A stretch of 64,000 nucleotides of DNA from an uncultured Arcobacteraceae bacterium (GTDB lineage: Bacteria; Campylobacterota; Campylobacteria; Campylobacterales; Arcobacteraceae): positions 1 to 64,000 of the forward strand of contig CAXHZO010000001.1 of the NCBI GenBank assembly GCA_964022095.1, written 5' to 3'. The number at the start of each line of letters is the position of its first letter. The first letter of the stretch is position 1. The position numbers and the translations under genes were made by a program. The notes under the pieces are model-generated. The model was given only the letters and a program-made list of their open reading frames with translations. It had not been told where the DNA came from and did not search any database. This document shows, piece by piece, positions 1 through 12,129 of the stretch.

Positions 1-563
1 TCATATGAACTTTCAAATCTTTCAAAATCTCTTTTAAACATATTTGCATAAGCTAGCATGTGATAACCAAAGTTAAGTGGTTGAGCATGTTGTAAGTGAG
101 TCATTCCTGGAATCAGTGTCGTTGTATGCTTTGATGCCACATCTACAAAAGTAGAAACTAACTCTTTTAATTGAGACTTTAAAGATTGTGATTTATCTTG
201 AACATAAAGTCTAAAATCAGTTGCAACTTGGTCATTTCTACTTCTTGCTGTATGAAGTTTTTTCCCAGGTTCTCCTATGATTTCAGTAAGTCTATTTTCA
301 ACTGCCATATGAATATCTTCAAAAGCTAATGTAAACTCAAACTTACCACTTTGTATCTCTTCTTTAACTTGTAATAAGCCATCTTCAATAGCTTTTTGTT
401 CTTCTTTTGTTAATACACCTTGTTCACATAACATCGCAGAATGAGCAATACTTCCTTTTATATCTTGAGCATATAACTCTTTGTCAAACATAATTGAAGC
501 ATTGAATTCATCTAATATTTGTGCGTTTGTATTTTTTAAAATCTGATTGTTTGTATTTGACAT
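1..563 (-). CDS. argH: argininosuccinate lyase, 5' part (runs off window)
   Basis: Manual translation from ATG at 563: [44 protein letters not shown]..., later [24 protein letters not shown] and [11 protein letters not shown], which are ArgH motifs. Not in the ORF track. Confidence 0.95.
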   Translation of the reverse strand, partial: MSNTNNQILKNTNAQILDEFNASIMFDKELYAQDIKGSIAHSAMLCEQGVLTKEEQKAIEDGLLQVKEEIQSGKFEFTLAFEDIHMAVENRLTEIIGEPGKKLHTARSRNDQVATDFRLYVQDKSQSLKSQLKELVSTFVDVASKHTTTLIPGMTHLQHAQPLNFGYHMLAYANMFKRDFERFESSY

Positions 564-730
564 AAATTTCCCTATATTAATAATGTACCTTTTAAATAAA
601 GTTAACATTATAACATAACTGAAATTATTCTTCTTTTGGAAAAAAACTTACTCTTTATAAGATTTATAATTATAACTTATTAAGTAAGAATAAAGTAAAA
701 TTCCAAAATCAAAAGTATCCAAGGGTTTTT

Positions 731-2656
731 ATGCGATTTATATTAGTATTTTTTCTATTTATGAAAATACTTTTCTCACAAGATTTACAAACACTTTTAG
801 ACGAATATAAAATAGAAACATCTAAGCAAATTGCGAAGAAAACTAAAAAAGAGTCATTAGGTCACATTATTACATTTACTCAACAAGATTTAGAAATGAT
901 GCAAGTAAGAGTATTAAAAGATATATTAAAAATATTGCCTAAAGCATCTATGCAAACCAACTTTTATGGAGCATCAAATCTAACTTATGCAGGGAACCCA
1001 AACAGTATAAGTACATCAATGAGAGTATATATTGATGATCAAGAAGTAAGTTCAGTTGAAAGTTTATCTCCTTGGCTACTTTATGCTGATTATCCAATGG
1101 AACATATTAGTCATATTGAAGCTTATTATGGTGAAAGTACATTACAACTTGGTAATGAACCTGCAAAATTAACTTTAAAACTATATACAAAAAACCCATA
1201 TACAATATCTGGTGGTATTTTAAGAAGTAGTATATCTAGTTATAATTCTTATTCAAATACAATTGTATGGGCTAATGAGATTGAAGATTCATCTTTAATA
1301 TTTATGTTAAACTCAACAAATATTGATAATAAAACTAATTTCTTAAAAAATGGTAGTGTTTCAAATGATTCTAAAAATCAGTATGGATACATGGCGTATA
1401 GAAAAGATGATTATAAAATAAGTGGTGGCTTTGCTAAAATAAAAAAAGACAATTTTTTGTCACTTGCATTAGATTCTGTATTAGATGAAGGACAGAGTGA
1501 ATTTGAACAACACTACTTAGAATTTTCAAAAAAGTTTAATAATGAATTAGGGAAAATTTATTTTAGTTATAGTCAAACAGAAAAAAAATCCCATGAAAAA
1601 AATGATGAAGGTATATTATTAGCTTCAATTATTGATTTCTCATCATTAAATACTACAATGCCAAAAGAAGTAAATGAAGACTTATCTTACAAAAAATATG
1701 ACTTTGGTATTTCAAATATTTTTGAAGTTGATGATTATTCATTATTTCTAGGTGCAGCTGTAAAACATAAAAGTTATGACTTAAAGTCAAGAGATATTGT
1801 CTACTTAGACAACTCAACACAAAGTGATGTTAGACTATCAAACTTAAAGAAAGAAACAATTTTTTCAATACTTAGTGAACATGCATATAGTCTAAATGAC
1901 TCTAATATTTTGATTGCTAACATTAAGTATGACAAATACAAAAAAAATGACGATTTAAAGGATTTTGAGTTCTTTACTTCAAGATTAGGATACATCTCTT
2001 CAATTAATGAAAATCTAAATTTAAAACTATTTTTAACAAAAACATTTACTCCACCTTCAATGTTTGAAATTGATTTTGCAACTAAAAACAATAAAGATTT
2101 AAAAAGAGAAGATAAAGATATTGCAACATTTGAAATCGGATATGAAGGAGAAGATCAAAATATATCTCTGTTTTTAAACTACTTAGAAATTGAAAATATG
2201 ATTGTCTTAGATTTAACACAAGCAGGGTATATTAACTATAATGAAAAAGATTTTAATGCAACAGGTTTTTCATTAAATTATGAAAAGTATTTTAATAGTA
2301 GCAATAAAATTCATTTAAATTATTATAGTTATATTAATTCTATTAAAAACTATAGAAGTCCTAAAAGTGGTGGTTCTATTAAAGTTTATCAAAAACTTGG
2401 TAAATTTAATTTTTATGAAGAGTTAATATATAAAGAAAACTATAATTATGATAAAAAACTTAAAATTAAAGATAGTTATAATTTATCTTTAGGTCTTGAA
2501 TATAAAATATCAAAAGATCTACAAGTTAGTTTAAAAGCTAACAATATATTAGATGATGATATGGATGTTGTACATACTAATTATTCTGATTTATCACAAT
2601 TTACTCAATCAAATAGTACTAGAACATATAATGCTAGTTTAAAGTGGACTTTCTAA
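731..2656 (+). CDS. TonB-dependent receptor-like outer membrane protein
   Basis: Signal peptide, plug-like region (ITFTQQDLE...LKDILKILP; RVYIDDQEV; ISHIEAYYG), amphipathic beta strands, C-terminal ...ASLKWTF. Confidence 0.8.
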   Translation: MRFILVFFLFMKILFSQDLQTLLDEYKIETSKQIAKKTKKESLGHIITFTQQDLEMMQVRVLKDILKILPKASMQTNFYGASNLTYAGNPNSISTSMRVYIDDQEVSSVESLSPWLLYADYPMEHISHIEAYYGESTLQLGNEPAKLTLKLYTKNPYTISGGILRSSISSYNSYSNTIVWANEIEDSSLIFMLNSTNIDNKTNFLKNGSVSNDSKNQYGYMAYRKDDYKISGGFAKIKKDNFLSLALDSVLDEGQSEFEQHYLEFSKKFNNELGKIYFSYSQTEKKSHEKNDEGILLASIIDFSSLNTTMPKEVNEDLSYKKYDFGISNIFEVDDYSLFLGAAVKHKSYDLKSRDIVYLDNSTQSDVRLSNLKKETIFSILSEHAYSLNDSNILIANIKYDKYKKNDDLKDFEFFTSRLGYISSINENLNLKLFLTKTFTPPSMFEIDFATKNNKDLKREDKDIATFEIGYEGEDQNISLFLNYLEIENMIVLDLTQAGYINYNEKDFNATGFSLNYEKYFNSSNKIHLNYYSYINSIKNYRSPKSGGSIKVYQKLGKFNFYEELIYKENYNYDKKLKIKDSYNLSLGLEYKISKDLQVSLKANNILDDDMDVVHTNYSDLSQFTQSNSTRTYNASLKWTF

Positions 2657-3114
2657 TGAAACTTATTACTACACTACTTTTATGCTTTTTACCTTTGATG
2701 TCTAAAAATATATACTTTACGCAAAGTTCTTCTAGTATTGATGAACTTGAAGCAAAAATCATATCACAAATTGCAAATGCTTTTTTACATAAACCACAAA
2801 TTTATATAGTTGGTCGAAATACTCAATTATCTAAGTACTTAGCTAAATATTCAAATGTAAAATCAAGCTGTCATGAAGCAAATTTTGTTTATATAAAAAA
2901 AACATCAAAAGATTTCAAAGCATTAGATAAATGTGATAAAACTAATACAGTTTTTTTCACTGATGATAAAAATAAATTTAAAAAAAATTTAAATATAATT
3001 GGTGCTTTCTTTTGGTTGAAAAGTAGACCTAATGTACAATTATCTTTAAAAAGAGCTCAAAAACTAAAGATAAAAATCCCAGAAAACTACTCTAAGTTTG
3101 TAGATAACCAATGA
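2656..3114 (+). CDS. periplasmic protein, YfiR/HmsC-like
   Basis: Probable start ATG at 2656 (TAATG overlap with the upstream stop). Signal peptide, two Cys, C-terminal PNVQLSLKRAQKLKIKIP similar to YfiR-family C-termini. Lies between a TBDR and a diguanylate cyclase. Confidence 0.55.
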   Translation: MKLITTLLLCFLPLMSKNIYFTQSSSSIDELEAKIISQIANAFLHKPQIYIVGRNTQLSKYLAKYSNVKSSCHEANFVYIKKTSKDFKALDKCDKTNTVFFTDDKNKFKKNLNIIGAFFWLKSRPNVQLSLKRAQKLKIKIPENYSKFVDNQ

Positions 3115-5003
3115 TTTTAAAGCCAGTATTAAAAAATCGATTCTACTTATACTTTAGTTTTTTAGTAGCTATATTCATAATTATTCTTATGTCATACTTC
3201 TCAACTTTATATATTGAGAAAAATGTTGAATCTAAAATTTTGGAAATATCTACAAATGATGTATTTGAAATAACAAATAACACATCAAAAGAGATAAAAG
3301 ATATATTAAAAAATAAACAAATACATATTGATTTAATATCTAATCAAAATGATAATTTATTTAAAAGACTTGATGAAAAAATCTCACTTTTAAAAACAAA
3401 AAATATCAAATATGCATATATACTTTATGTTGATGAAAATAATATATTTAGATTTTTAGCAGATGCTTCAAAAGGTAAAGAAAAAGCAAAAATCAATCAA
3501 AAATTTGACATTGATTCACAAGAATGGATAGATGCATATAAAAATAAAAAACCAACAGTTATAAAACATGACTTTTTAGATGAGTTATCAATAACATATC
3601 TAAAACCTATAGAGTTACAGAACAATACTTTATTATTAGCAATAGATTTTTCTATAAAGAAAATCGATGAAATATCATCAACAATATATCAAATAAAAGT
3701 TTTTTTACTATCTTTTTGGATTTTGATTTCATGCTTGTTAGTAGTTTTAATATATCAAACTTTTAAATTCTATAAAGCTAAAAAAATATCTTATATAGAT
3801 AGATTAACGGGTATTTATTCTAGAAATTATCTACAAGACAATGAAATGTTTTTAACTTTAAAAGATTACATCATTTGTGCGATTGATGTAGATTATTTCA
3901 AAAAAGTTAATGATACTTATGGCCATACAGTAGGAGATGATTTATTAATTCAAATTACAAAAACTATTGAAAATGAAATAAGATCAAAAAAAGATATTTT
4001 TATTAGATATGGAGGAGAAGAGTTTTGTTTATTGATAAAGAAAGATCATAAAACAGATAATTATCCTTTAGAATTAATTGAAAAAATTCATCAAAAATTT
4101 AGAGATAAAAAATTTAACATATCAAGAAACGAGCAAATTCCAATTACTATTTCAATAGGAATTAATACAACTCCAAAAAAACAAAGAAATTTTATTTCAG
4201 CATTTAAACTAGCAGATATTGCACTATATAATGCAAAAAATAAAGGAAGAAATTGTATTGAAATTTACCGTGAGAATCGTGATGATTCACATTTTTTAAC
4301 TATTGATGATATAAAAGATGCTATTTCAAATCAAAGAGTTGTTGCTTATTATCAAGAAATAATTGATGAAAATGAGCTAGGTGGTAAAAGACATTTTGAA
4401 GCACTAGTAAGAATAATAAAAGATGGTCAAATATATCTTCCAGAGAAGTTTTTACCAACTATTAAAGATACATTTATATCAACAAAACTTACAAAAGAGC
4501 TGTTACAAATCATTTATAATAAATTAAGAAGTACAAATGAACTTCTTCAGATTTCTGTAAATATTACACAACAAGATTTAACAAACGAAACAATTATTAA
4601 TATCTTAAAATCTTATGCAAAAGAAGAAAATATCGCCTCAAAAATTGCCCTAGAAATTGTTGAAACAGATGAAATTTTATGTTATGAAAATATAACACAG
4701 ACAATAATGAACTTAAAAAATTTAGGTTACAAAATCTATATAGATGACTTTGGAAGTGGCTATTCAAACTTTATATACTTAGCAAAAATAAATGCAGATG
4801 CAATAAAAATAGATGGAAGTATAATTAGTACAATAAACAGTGATGAGCTTTCATACTTAGTTGCCAAAAATATAATGAACTTTGCGAAAGAGGCAAATAT
4901 TGATGTAATTGCAGAATATGTAAGTACAAAAGAAATTTACGATACTGTTAAGTCTTTAGGAATTCATAAATTCCAAGGGTTTTACTTCTCTAAGCCATCT
5001 TAA
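3111..5003 (+). CDS. membrane-bound diguanylate cyclase/phosphodiesterase (GGDEF-EAL)
   Basis: Two TM segments flanking a periplasmic domain; DVDYFKKVNDTYGH, RYGGEEF, FEALVR, IDDFGSGYSN, QGFYFSKP. Confidence 0.92.
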   Translation: MILKPVLKNRFYLYFSFLVAIFIIILMSYFSTLYIEKNVESKILEISTNDVFEITNNTSKEIKDILKNKQIHIDLISNQNDNLFKRLDEKISLLKTKNIKYAYILYVDENNIFRFLADASKGKEKAKINQKFDIDSQEWIDAYKNKKPTVIKHDFLDELSITYLKPIELQNNTLLLAIDFSIKKIDEISSTIYQIKVFLLSFWILISCLLVVLIYQTFKFYKAKKISYIDRLTGIYSRNYLQDNEMFLTLKDYIICAIDVDYFKKVNDTYGHTVGDDLLIQITKTIENEIRSKKDIFIRYGGEEFCLLIKKDHKTDNYPLELIEKIHQKFRDKKFNISRNEQIPITISIGINTTPKKQRNFISAFKLADIALYNAKNKGRNCIEIYRENRDDSHFLTIDDIKDAISNQRVVAYYQEIIDENELGGKRHFEALVRIIKDGQIYLPEKFLPTIKDTFISTKLTKELLQIIYNKLRSTNELLQISVNITQQDLTNETIINILKSYAKEENIASKIALEIVETDEILCYENITQTIMNLKNLGYKIYIDDFGSGYSNFIYLAKINADAIKIDGSIISTINSDELSYLVAKNIMNFAKEANIDVIAEYVSTKEIYDTVKSLGIHKFQGFYFSKPS

Positions 5004-5011
5004 TAATTCAA

Positions 5012-5617
5012 CTATGGATTAAAAACCGAATTTGATATTTGATTTTTTTTGCAATAGTATGAAAAAAATGCAAATATAGAAGTATGGAATATCACTAAAA
5101 GAATAATTGCTAAAATAGGTACACCAAAAAACTGGTAATCCCAACTATATGTCCAAACACCTAAGTTAATAGTAATAATTTCTCCCCATGTAGGGAAAAT
5201 AGCTGAAAGCATAGCTACAAAAAAAAGTTTTCTTTTTAAAGAATTAATTTTCTTAACTTTTAAAATATCCTCTTCTAATCTGTAAAAAAATGAAAAAGTC
5301 AATGCCCAGGCAAAAGGTAACCAATAAGGGAACTCTCTATTATTTGATAACTCATGATATTCCCAATAGTTATTATATACACCCCAAATTTCTGCTAGTG
5401 TGCCTAAAACAGCACTAATTAAAGTTCCTAATATAAGAATAGTAAGTTTACGAGAAGAAGGATTACGTTTACTTTCTTGGTAGATTCTAAAAACAAGTAA
5501 AAAAGAAAGAAGGATTGCTAAAAATAAGTCATAAGGATATAGAAACCCAATAACAGTTCCAGCTATTAATAAAGATAAAAAAGCTCTTGAATATCTTAAG
5601 ATTAAAGTTTTATTCAT
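5012..5617 (-). CDS. hypothetical polytopic membrane protein
   Basis: 201-aa hydrophobic ORF with an internally repeated E..G.W.Y motif (EIWGVYNNYWEY / EIITINLGVWTY). Confidence 0.7.
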   Translation of the reverse strand: MNKTLILRYSRAFLSLLIAGTVIGFLYPYDLFLAILLSFLLVFRIYQESKRNPSSRKLTILILGTLISAVLGTLAEIWGVYNNYWEYHELSNNREFPYWLPFAWALTFSFFYRLEEDILKVKKINSLKRKLFFVAMLSAIFPTWGEIITINLGVWTYSWDYQFFGVPILAIILLVIFHTSIFAFFSYYCKKNQISNSVFNP

Positions 5618-5621
5618 ATAG

Positions 5622-5652
5622 AAAAAAGCCTATGTGAAAATCACATAGGCTT
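5622..5652 (-). terminator. Rho-independent terminator after nifU
   Basis: Inverted repeat AAGCCTATGTGA-AAA-TCACATAGGCTT followed by a T run on the minus strand. Confidence 0.75.
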
Positions 5653-5656
5653 AAAA

Positions 5657-6637
5657 TTAGATTGGTAATACTCTAATATTTTCGTCAACTTTTTGTTGTA
5701 AAACTGACTCAATAGCGTATAATGTTCCAGTACTTCCAGAAGCACATCCTGAACATGAACCTAAGTATCTGATGTAAATATCATAGTGTGGTAAGTTTTC
5801 TTTGATATCGATAATTTCCATATCTCCACCATCCATAACTAACATTGGTCTAATATCAGAATCAATGATAGAATCAACAGCTTTAATTCTTTGAACTAAA
5901 GTCATTTTATCAAATGTAGATTGACCAGCTGCACTTGCATCTGCTGCATTTTTTAATTTTTCTTGATCCATTTCAGCTCTAACATCATTTAAAATATCCA
6001 CTAAATAAATATCTTTTTCTTCATGCCCACCAGGCTTAATACATGATTTACAAAAAGCACCAGCTTTTGTAAAGTCAGTAATCTCTTCTACCGTATGTAA
6101 GTCATTTATTGCAATAACTTCTTTTAAAGTTGCTAATGAAACCCTTGCACATTCACAAATAATTTGCTCTTCTTCAAAAGATTCCATATCAACACCTTTA
6201 TACTCAGATGCTGCTTTTTTAATTACATCATATGCCATTACAGAACAGTGCATTTTTTGTGGTGGAACAGCTGGAGTATCTGGATTATCTCTTAAAGCTT
6301 TTTCAACATCAATATTTGTAATCTTTACAGCTTCATCTACAGTTTTACCCATACATAATTCAGCCATAACATCAGAAGATGCAATTGCAGTACCACAACC
6401 AAAAGATTTGAATTTAGATTCTAAAATCTTATCACTTGCTTCATCTACTGCCCAGTAAAGTCTTACTGCATCTCCACATGATTCAGCACCAAAGTCAGCA
6501 ATAATAAGCTTTGCATTTAACTCTTTTGCTCTTTCTTCAGTAATTTCCCCTTGATTTTTAGGGCTGTTCATTCTATCAACTACTTGGTTAGAATACTCAT
6601 CCCAAATTGAACCACTAATTAAATCATTTTTTGCCAT
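5657..6637 (-). CDS. nifU: Fe-S cluster scaffold NifU (Campylobacterota type)
   Basis: ESCGDAV, FKSFGCGTAIAS, KMHCSVM, ICECARV...CKSC and C-terminal Nfu motif CSGC. Confidence 0.95.
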   Translation of the reverse strand: MAKNDLISGSIWDEYSNQVVDRMNSPKNQGEITEERAKELNAKLIIADFGAESCGDAVRLYWAVDEASDKILESKFKSFGCGTAIASSDVMAELCMGKTVDEAVKITNIDVEKALRDNPDTPAVPPQKMHCSVMAYDVIKKAASEYKGVDMESFEEEQIICECARVSLATLKEVIAINDLHTVEEITDFTKAGAFCKSCIKPGGHEEKDIYLVDILNDVRAEMDQEKLKNAADASAAGQSTFDKMTLVQRIKAVDSIIDSDIRPMLVMDGGDMEIIDIKENLPHYDIYIRYLGSCSGCASGSTGTLYAIESVLQQKVDENIRVLPI

Positions 6638-6670
6638 TTTTAATTCCTTTTGATATCTTCTTTAAATTTT

Positions 6671-7873
<1,203 letters not shown>

Positions 7874-7917
7874 TTAATTCCTACATATTTTATTAATTGG
7901 TCGTATTCTAATGTAAA

Positions 7918-7936
7918 TAGGATAAATTTTGTCTTA
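7918..7936. promoter_or_regulatory. palindromic operator TARGAYA-N5-TRTCYTA upstream of nifS
   Basis: TAGGATAAATTTTGTCTTA; related copies at 9778, 9868, 42145 and 43456. Confidence 0.6.
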
Positions 7937-8126
7937 ATTAAAATCTTTTATTTTTTTTATCCCATTTAGTAACATTTTATCTATATAAATAATATTAAAA
8001 TTATTTTTATATACGACTTTTATTTTGCGATATTATATAGAAATATTGATAAAGAAATCGATTTTAAATAACCATAAGTTAAGTTTACTATAGAGATAAT
8101 AAAAACAATTAAAAACAAGGACATTT

Positions 8127-8927
8127 ATGAAAACAAAACTATTGATATTTATAACATTAATTTTAGCTTTTTTCTTTACAGGGTGTGAAGATAAACAAAA
8201 AACTGAAGAAAAGAAAGTTATAAAAGTTGGTATGGAATTAGCCTACCCTCCTTTTGAAATGAGTGATAAGAATGGTAACCCTCAAGGTGTTTCAGTTGAT
8301 TTTGCAAAAAAATTAGGTGAATACTTAGAAGCAGATGTAATTATAGAAAATACTGCATGGGCTGGATTAATTCCATCATTAAAAACAGGCAAAATTGATT
8401 TAATAATCTCATCAATGACAATTACAGATGAAAGAAAAAAATCTATAGATTTTTCAATACCTTACGCACAATCATCTTTAGCAATTTTAGCAAACAATAA
8501 TTCTAATGTTCAATCAATAACTGATTTAGACGTTAAAGGTAAAAAAGTTGCAGTAAAAAAAGGTTCAACTGGGCATGTTTATGCAACAAAAAATTTAAAA
8601 AATGCAGAAGTGTTAGTATTTGATAAAGAAAATGCTTGTGTCTTAGAAGTAGTTCAAGGCAAAGCAGATGGTTTTTTATATGATCAATTAACTATATATA
8701 AAAACTATATTCAACATAAAGACACAACAGTTGCTTTATTAAAACCTTTTCAAAAAGATTTTGAGTATTGGGGAGTAGCTTTAAGACAAAATGATCCTTT
8801 AAAAGAAAAAGTAAATGAATTTATAAAAAAAGCAAAAGCAGATGGAACATTTGATACTTTTGCAAATAAACATTTAAAAGAAGCAAAAGCTACTTTTGAT
8901 GGATTAAAAATACCATTTTTCTTTTAG
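8127..8927 (+). CDS. polar amino acid ABC transporter substrate-binding lipoprotein
   Basis: Lipobox FFFTGC; ELAYPPFEM, LIPSLKTGKIDLIISSMTITDERKKSIDFS (SBP family 3). Confidence 0.92.
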   Translation: MKTKLLIFITLILAFFFTGCEDKQKTEEKKVIKVGMELAYPPFEMSDKNGNPQGVSVDFAKKLGEYLEADVIIENTAWAGLIPSLKTGKIDLIISSMTITDERKKSIDFSIPYAQSSLAILANNNSNVQSITDLDVKGKKVAVKKGSTGHVYATKNLKNAEVLVFDKENACVLEVVQGKADGFLYDQLTIYKNYIQHKDTTVALLKPFQKDFEYWGVALRQNDPLKEKVNEFIKKAKADGTFDTFANKHLKEAKATFDGLKIPFFF

Positions 8928-8935
8928 GAACTAAC

Positions 8936-9727
8936 ATTTTAAATTTAAAAAACTTTTTTATCAACGAACTTTCATATAAAAAAAATAAACCTCTTTTAAA
9001 GAGTGTTTATTTTTTTAACTCAATTTTATTAGCAGTACTAATTATCACACCTGTATATATAATGTTTGCAAATATTTCTTATGACTTTAATTGGTCACAA
9101 GTATATGAATACAAACAAAAATTTATAAATGGTTTTTTAATGACTATTATAATCTCATTTTTTGCACTGCTTTTAAGTTTTATGATTGGTTTGTTTTTTG
9201 CTTATGCTCAAAACTCAAAGTTAATTATTCTTAGATTCTTTGCAAGATTTTATATAGAAATCATTAGAGGAACACCCCTATTAGTTCAAATATTAATATT
9301 TTTTTATGTATTTGCAAATAACTTAGGTTTTGAAAACAGATATATAGTAGGAACATTTATTCTTGCAATCTTCTCTGGAGCATATGTTTGTGAAATCATA
9401 AGAGCTGCAATTCAATCAATAGAAGTTGAACAATTTGAAACAAGTCTAAGTTTAGGAATGACAAATTATCAAATGTATAGATATATAATATTTCCACAAG
9501 CTTTTAAAAGAATGCTTCCAGCTTTAACTGGGCAGTTTGCATCTATTATAAAAGATTCATCACTATTATCTATTATTGCAATATCAGAATTCACCATGAA
9601 TGCTCAAGAAGTTGATGCAATTACATACTCAACTTTAGAAAGCTATATTCCTTTAGCTATTGGATATTTACTTTTAACTTATCCTATATCTTACTACACT
9701 TCAAGATTAGAAAAAGATATTAAATAA
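8936..9727 (+). CDS. polar amino acid ABC transporter permease (start uncertain: ATT 8936 or ATG 9062)
   Basis: RGTPLLVQI, AYVCEIIRAAIQSI, IFPQAFKRMLP, IKDSSL. The frame is open upstream of 9062 and contains an extra TM segment. Confidence 0.85.
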   Translation: MLNLKNFFINELSYKKNKPLLKSVYFFNSILLAVLIITPVYIMFANISYDFNWSQVYEYKQKFINGFLMTIIISFFALLLSFMIGLFFAYAQNSKLIILRFFARFYIEIIRGTPLLVQILIFFYVFANNLGFENRYIVGTFILAIFSGAYVCEIIRAAIQSIEVEQFETSLSLGMTNYQMYRYIIFPQAFKRMLPALTGQFASIIKDSSLLSIIAISEFTMNAQEVDAITYSTLESYIPLAIGYLLLTYPISYYTSRLEKDIK

Positions 9728-9777
9728 ATCATAGATTTCACCTTTACAATTAATATAATTTATGTTAAGATTTTAAA

Positions 9778-9796
9778 TAAGATAATATTTATCCTA
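9778..9796. promoter_or_regulatory. operator copy upstream of sufB
   Basis: TAAGATAATATTTATCCTA. Confidence 0.6.
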
Positions 9797-9818
9797 TTTA
9801 ATAAATTTTAACATAGTA

Positions 9819-9832
9819 TTGACTACAATCAA
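9819..9832. promoter_or_regulatory. Crp/Fnr (Nss-type) box upstream of sufB
   Basis: TTGACTACAATCAA, 22 nt before a -10-like TAGAAT (9855-9860). Confidence 0.6.
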
Positions 9833-9867
9833 TGAATAGTATATCCTTAGATTGTAGAATCTTAAAA

Positions 9868-9886
9868 TAGGACAAAATATATCTTA
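9868..9886. promoter_or_regulatory. operator copy just downstream of the sufB -10
   Basis: TAGGACAAAATATATCTTA. Confidence 0.6.
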
Positions 9887-9909
9887 TATATAAAACAATG
9901 GAGTCAATT

Positions 9910-11346
9910 ATGAGTGACAATAAACATATTCATGATGTTATTAATAAAGAGTATAAACTTGGATTTGAGACATTAATTGAGAGTGATACTTTTCCCCCTG
10001 GCCTAAATGAAGATGTAATAAAAGCTATAAGCGCCAAAAAAGATGAACCTCAATGGTTATTAGATTTTAGATTAAAAGCATATTCAAAATGGTTAAAAAT
10101 GGAAGAGCCAGATTGGGCACACTTAGAGTATCCAATGATCAATTACCAAGATATTGCTTACTACTCTGCACCTAAAAAGAAATTAGATTCTTTAGATGAA
10201 GTAGATCCAGAAATATTAAAAACATATGAAAAATTAGGGATTCCTTTAGAGGAACAAAAACAATTAGCAGGTGTTGCAGTTGATGCTGTATTTGATTCAG
10301 TTTCAGTAAAAACAACTTATCAAGAAGAGTTAGAAAAACTTGGAATTATATTTTGTTCAATTAGTGAAGCAGCAAATAAGTATCCTGAACTACTACAAAA
10401 ATATTTAGCAAGTGTAGTTCCTGTAACAGATAACTACTTTGCCTGTTTAAACAGTGCAGTATTTACTGATGGTAGTTTTGTATATATTCCACCAAACACT
10501 AGATGTCCTATGGAGTTATCAACTTACTTTAGAATTAATGCACTAAATACTGGGCAGTTCGAGCGAACTTTAATCATCTGTGATGAAGGAAGCTATGTTT
10601 CATATAATGAAGGTTGTTCTGCACCAATGAGAGATGAGAGACAACTTCACGCAGCAGTAGTTGAACTATGTGCACTAGATAATGGACAAATAAAATATTC
10701 AACTATTCAAAACTGGTTCCCAGGAGATGATGAAGGTAAAGGTGGTATTTTAAACTTTGTTACTAAAAGAGGTTTATGTAAAGGTGATAATTCAAAAATC
10801 TCTTGGACACAAGTTGAAACTGGTAGTGCAATTACATGGAAATACCCATCATGTGTTTTAGCAGGTGATAATAGTGTAGGTGAATTTTACTCAGTTGCCA
10901 TTGCATCAAAATCACAACAAGCAGATACTGGAACTAAAATGGTTCACTTAGGAAAAAATACAAAATCCACTATTATCTCAAAAGGTATTAGTGCGATGCA
11001 TGGATTAAATGCCTACAGAGGATTAGTAAGAGTTGGTAAAAATGCAAGTAATGCTAGAAATATTTCAGAGTGTGATTCACTTTTAATTGGTAATACATGT
11101 AGAGCGCACACTTATCCATACCATGAGATAAGAAATCAAAGTGCAAATATAGAACATGAAGCTACTACTTCTAAAATATCAGACGAACAATTATTTTATT
11201 TAAATCAAAGAGGTATTAGTGAAGAGAATGCAATTGCAATGATTGTAAATGGATTCTGTAAAGAAGTTCTAAAAGAATTACCAATGGAATTTGCTGCTGA
11301 AGCAAAAGAGTTATTAAATATATCATTAGAAGGAAGCGTTGGGTAA
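9910..11346 (+). CDS. sufB: Fe-S cluster assembly protein SufB
   Basis: [44 protein letters not shown] before ATG 9910. Confidence 0.97.
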   Translation: MSDNKHIHDVINKEYKLGFETLIESDTFPPGLNEDVIKAISAKKDEPQWLLDFRLKAYSKWLKMEEPDWAHLEYPMINYQDIAYYSAPKKKLDSLDEVDPEILKTYEKLGIPLEEQKQLAGVAVDAVFDSVSVKTTYQEELEKLGIIFCSISEAANKYPELLQKYLASVVPVTDNYFACLNSAVFTDGSFVYIPPNTRCPMELSTYFRINALNTGQFERTLIICDEGSYVSYNEGCSAPMRDERQLHAAVVELCALDNGQIKYSTIQNWFPGDDEGKGGILNFVTKRGLCKGDNSKISWTQVETGSAITWKYPSCVLAGDNSVGEFYSVAIASKSQQADTGTKMVHLGKNTKSTIISKGISAMHGLNAYRGLVRVGKNASNARNISECDSLLIGNTCRAHTYPYHEIRNQSANIEHEATTSKISDEQLFYLNQRGISEENAIAMIVNGFCKEVLKELPMEFAAEAKELLNISLEGSVG

Positions 11347-11373
11347 CCCCAACGGATTTATAAGGAAAATAAG

Positions 11374-12129
11374 ATGTTAAAAATTGAAAATTTACACGTT
11401 AATATAAATGAGAATGAAATTTTAAAAGGTTTAGATTTAGAAATAAACCCAGGTGAAGTACATGCAGTAATGGGAACAAATGGTGCAGGTAAATCAACAC
11501 TTGTAAAAACTATTAGTGACCACTATGACTGTAATGTAACAGATGGTTCAATTACATACAAAGATAAAGATTTATTAGAACTTGATGTAAGCGAGCGAGC
11601 AAATGAAGGAATCTTTATGAGTTTTCAATCACCAGTTGAAGTTCCAGGGGTAAATAATAGCTACTTTTTAAGAACAGCAATAAATGAGAAAAAAGCATAC
11701 AATGGTGAAGAAGAAATCGACACAATGGAGTTTTTAAAGCTTACAAAAGAAGAAACAAATAAATTTAATATCGATAGAAAACTTCTACAAAGAGATTTAA
11801 ATGATGGTTTTAGTGGTGGTGAGAAAAAAAGAAATGAACTAGTTCAACTTCTAATGTTAAAGCCTGATTTAATCATGTTAGATGAGATTGACTCAGGACT
11901 TGATGTTGATGCTATTAAGACAGTTGCAAATGTAATAAACTCAATGCTTGATGGAAAAAGATCAATTTTAATGATTACTCACTATGATAGATTATTAGAG
12001 TTAATTAAACCTGACTTTGTACATATTATTCATAATGGAAAAATTGCAAAAACAGGTGATTATAAACTTGCATTAGAACTAGATGAAAAAGGTTATGAAG
12101 CAATAGGAATTAAAGATGAAAGTAAATAA
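11374..12129 (+). CDS. sufC: Fe-S cluster assembly ATPase SufC
   Basis: GTNGAGKST, FSGGEKKRNE, LDEIDSGLDVDA. Confidence 0.96.
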   Translation: MLKIENLHVNINENEILKGLDLEINPGEVHAVMGTNGAGKSTLVKTISDHYDCNVTDGSITYKDKDLLELDVSERANEGIFMSFQSPVEVPGVNNSYFLRTAINEKKAYNGEEEIDTMEFLKLTKEETNKFNIDRKLLQRDLNDGFSGGEKKRNELVQLLMLKPDLIMLDEIDSGLDVDAIKTVANVINSMLDGKRSILMITHYDRLLELIKPDFVHIIHNGKIAKTGDYKLALELDEKGYEAIGIKDESK

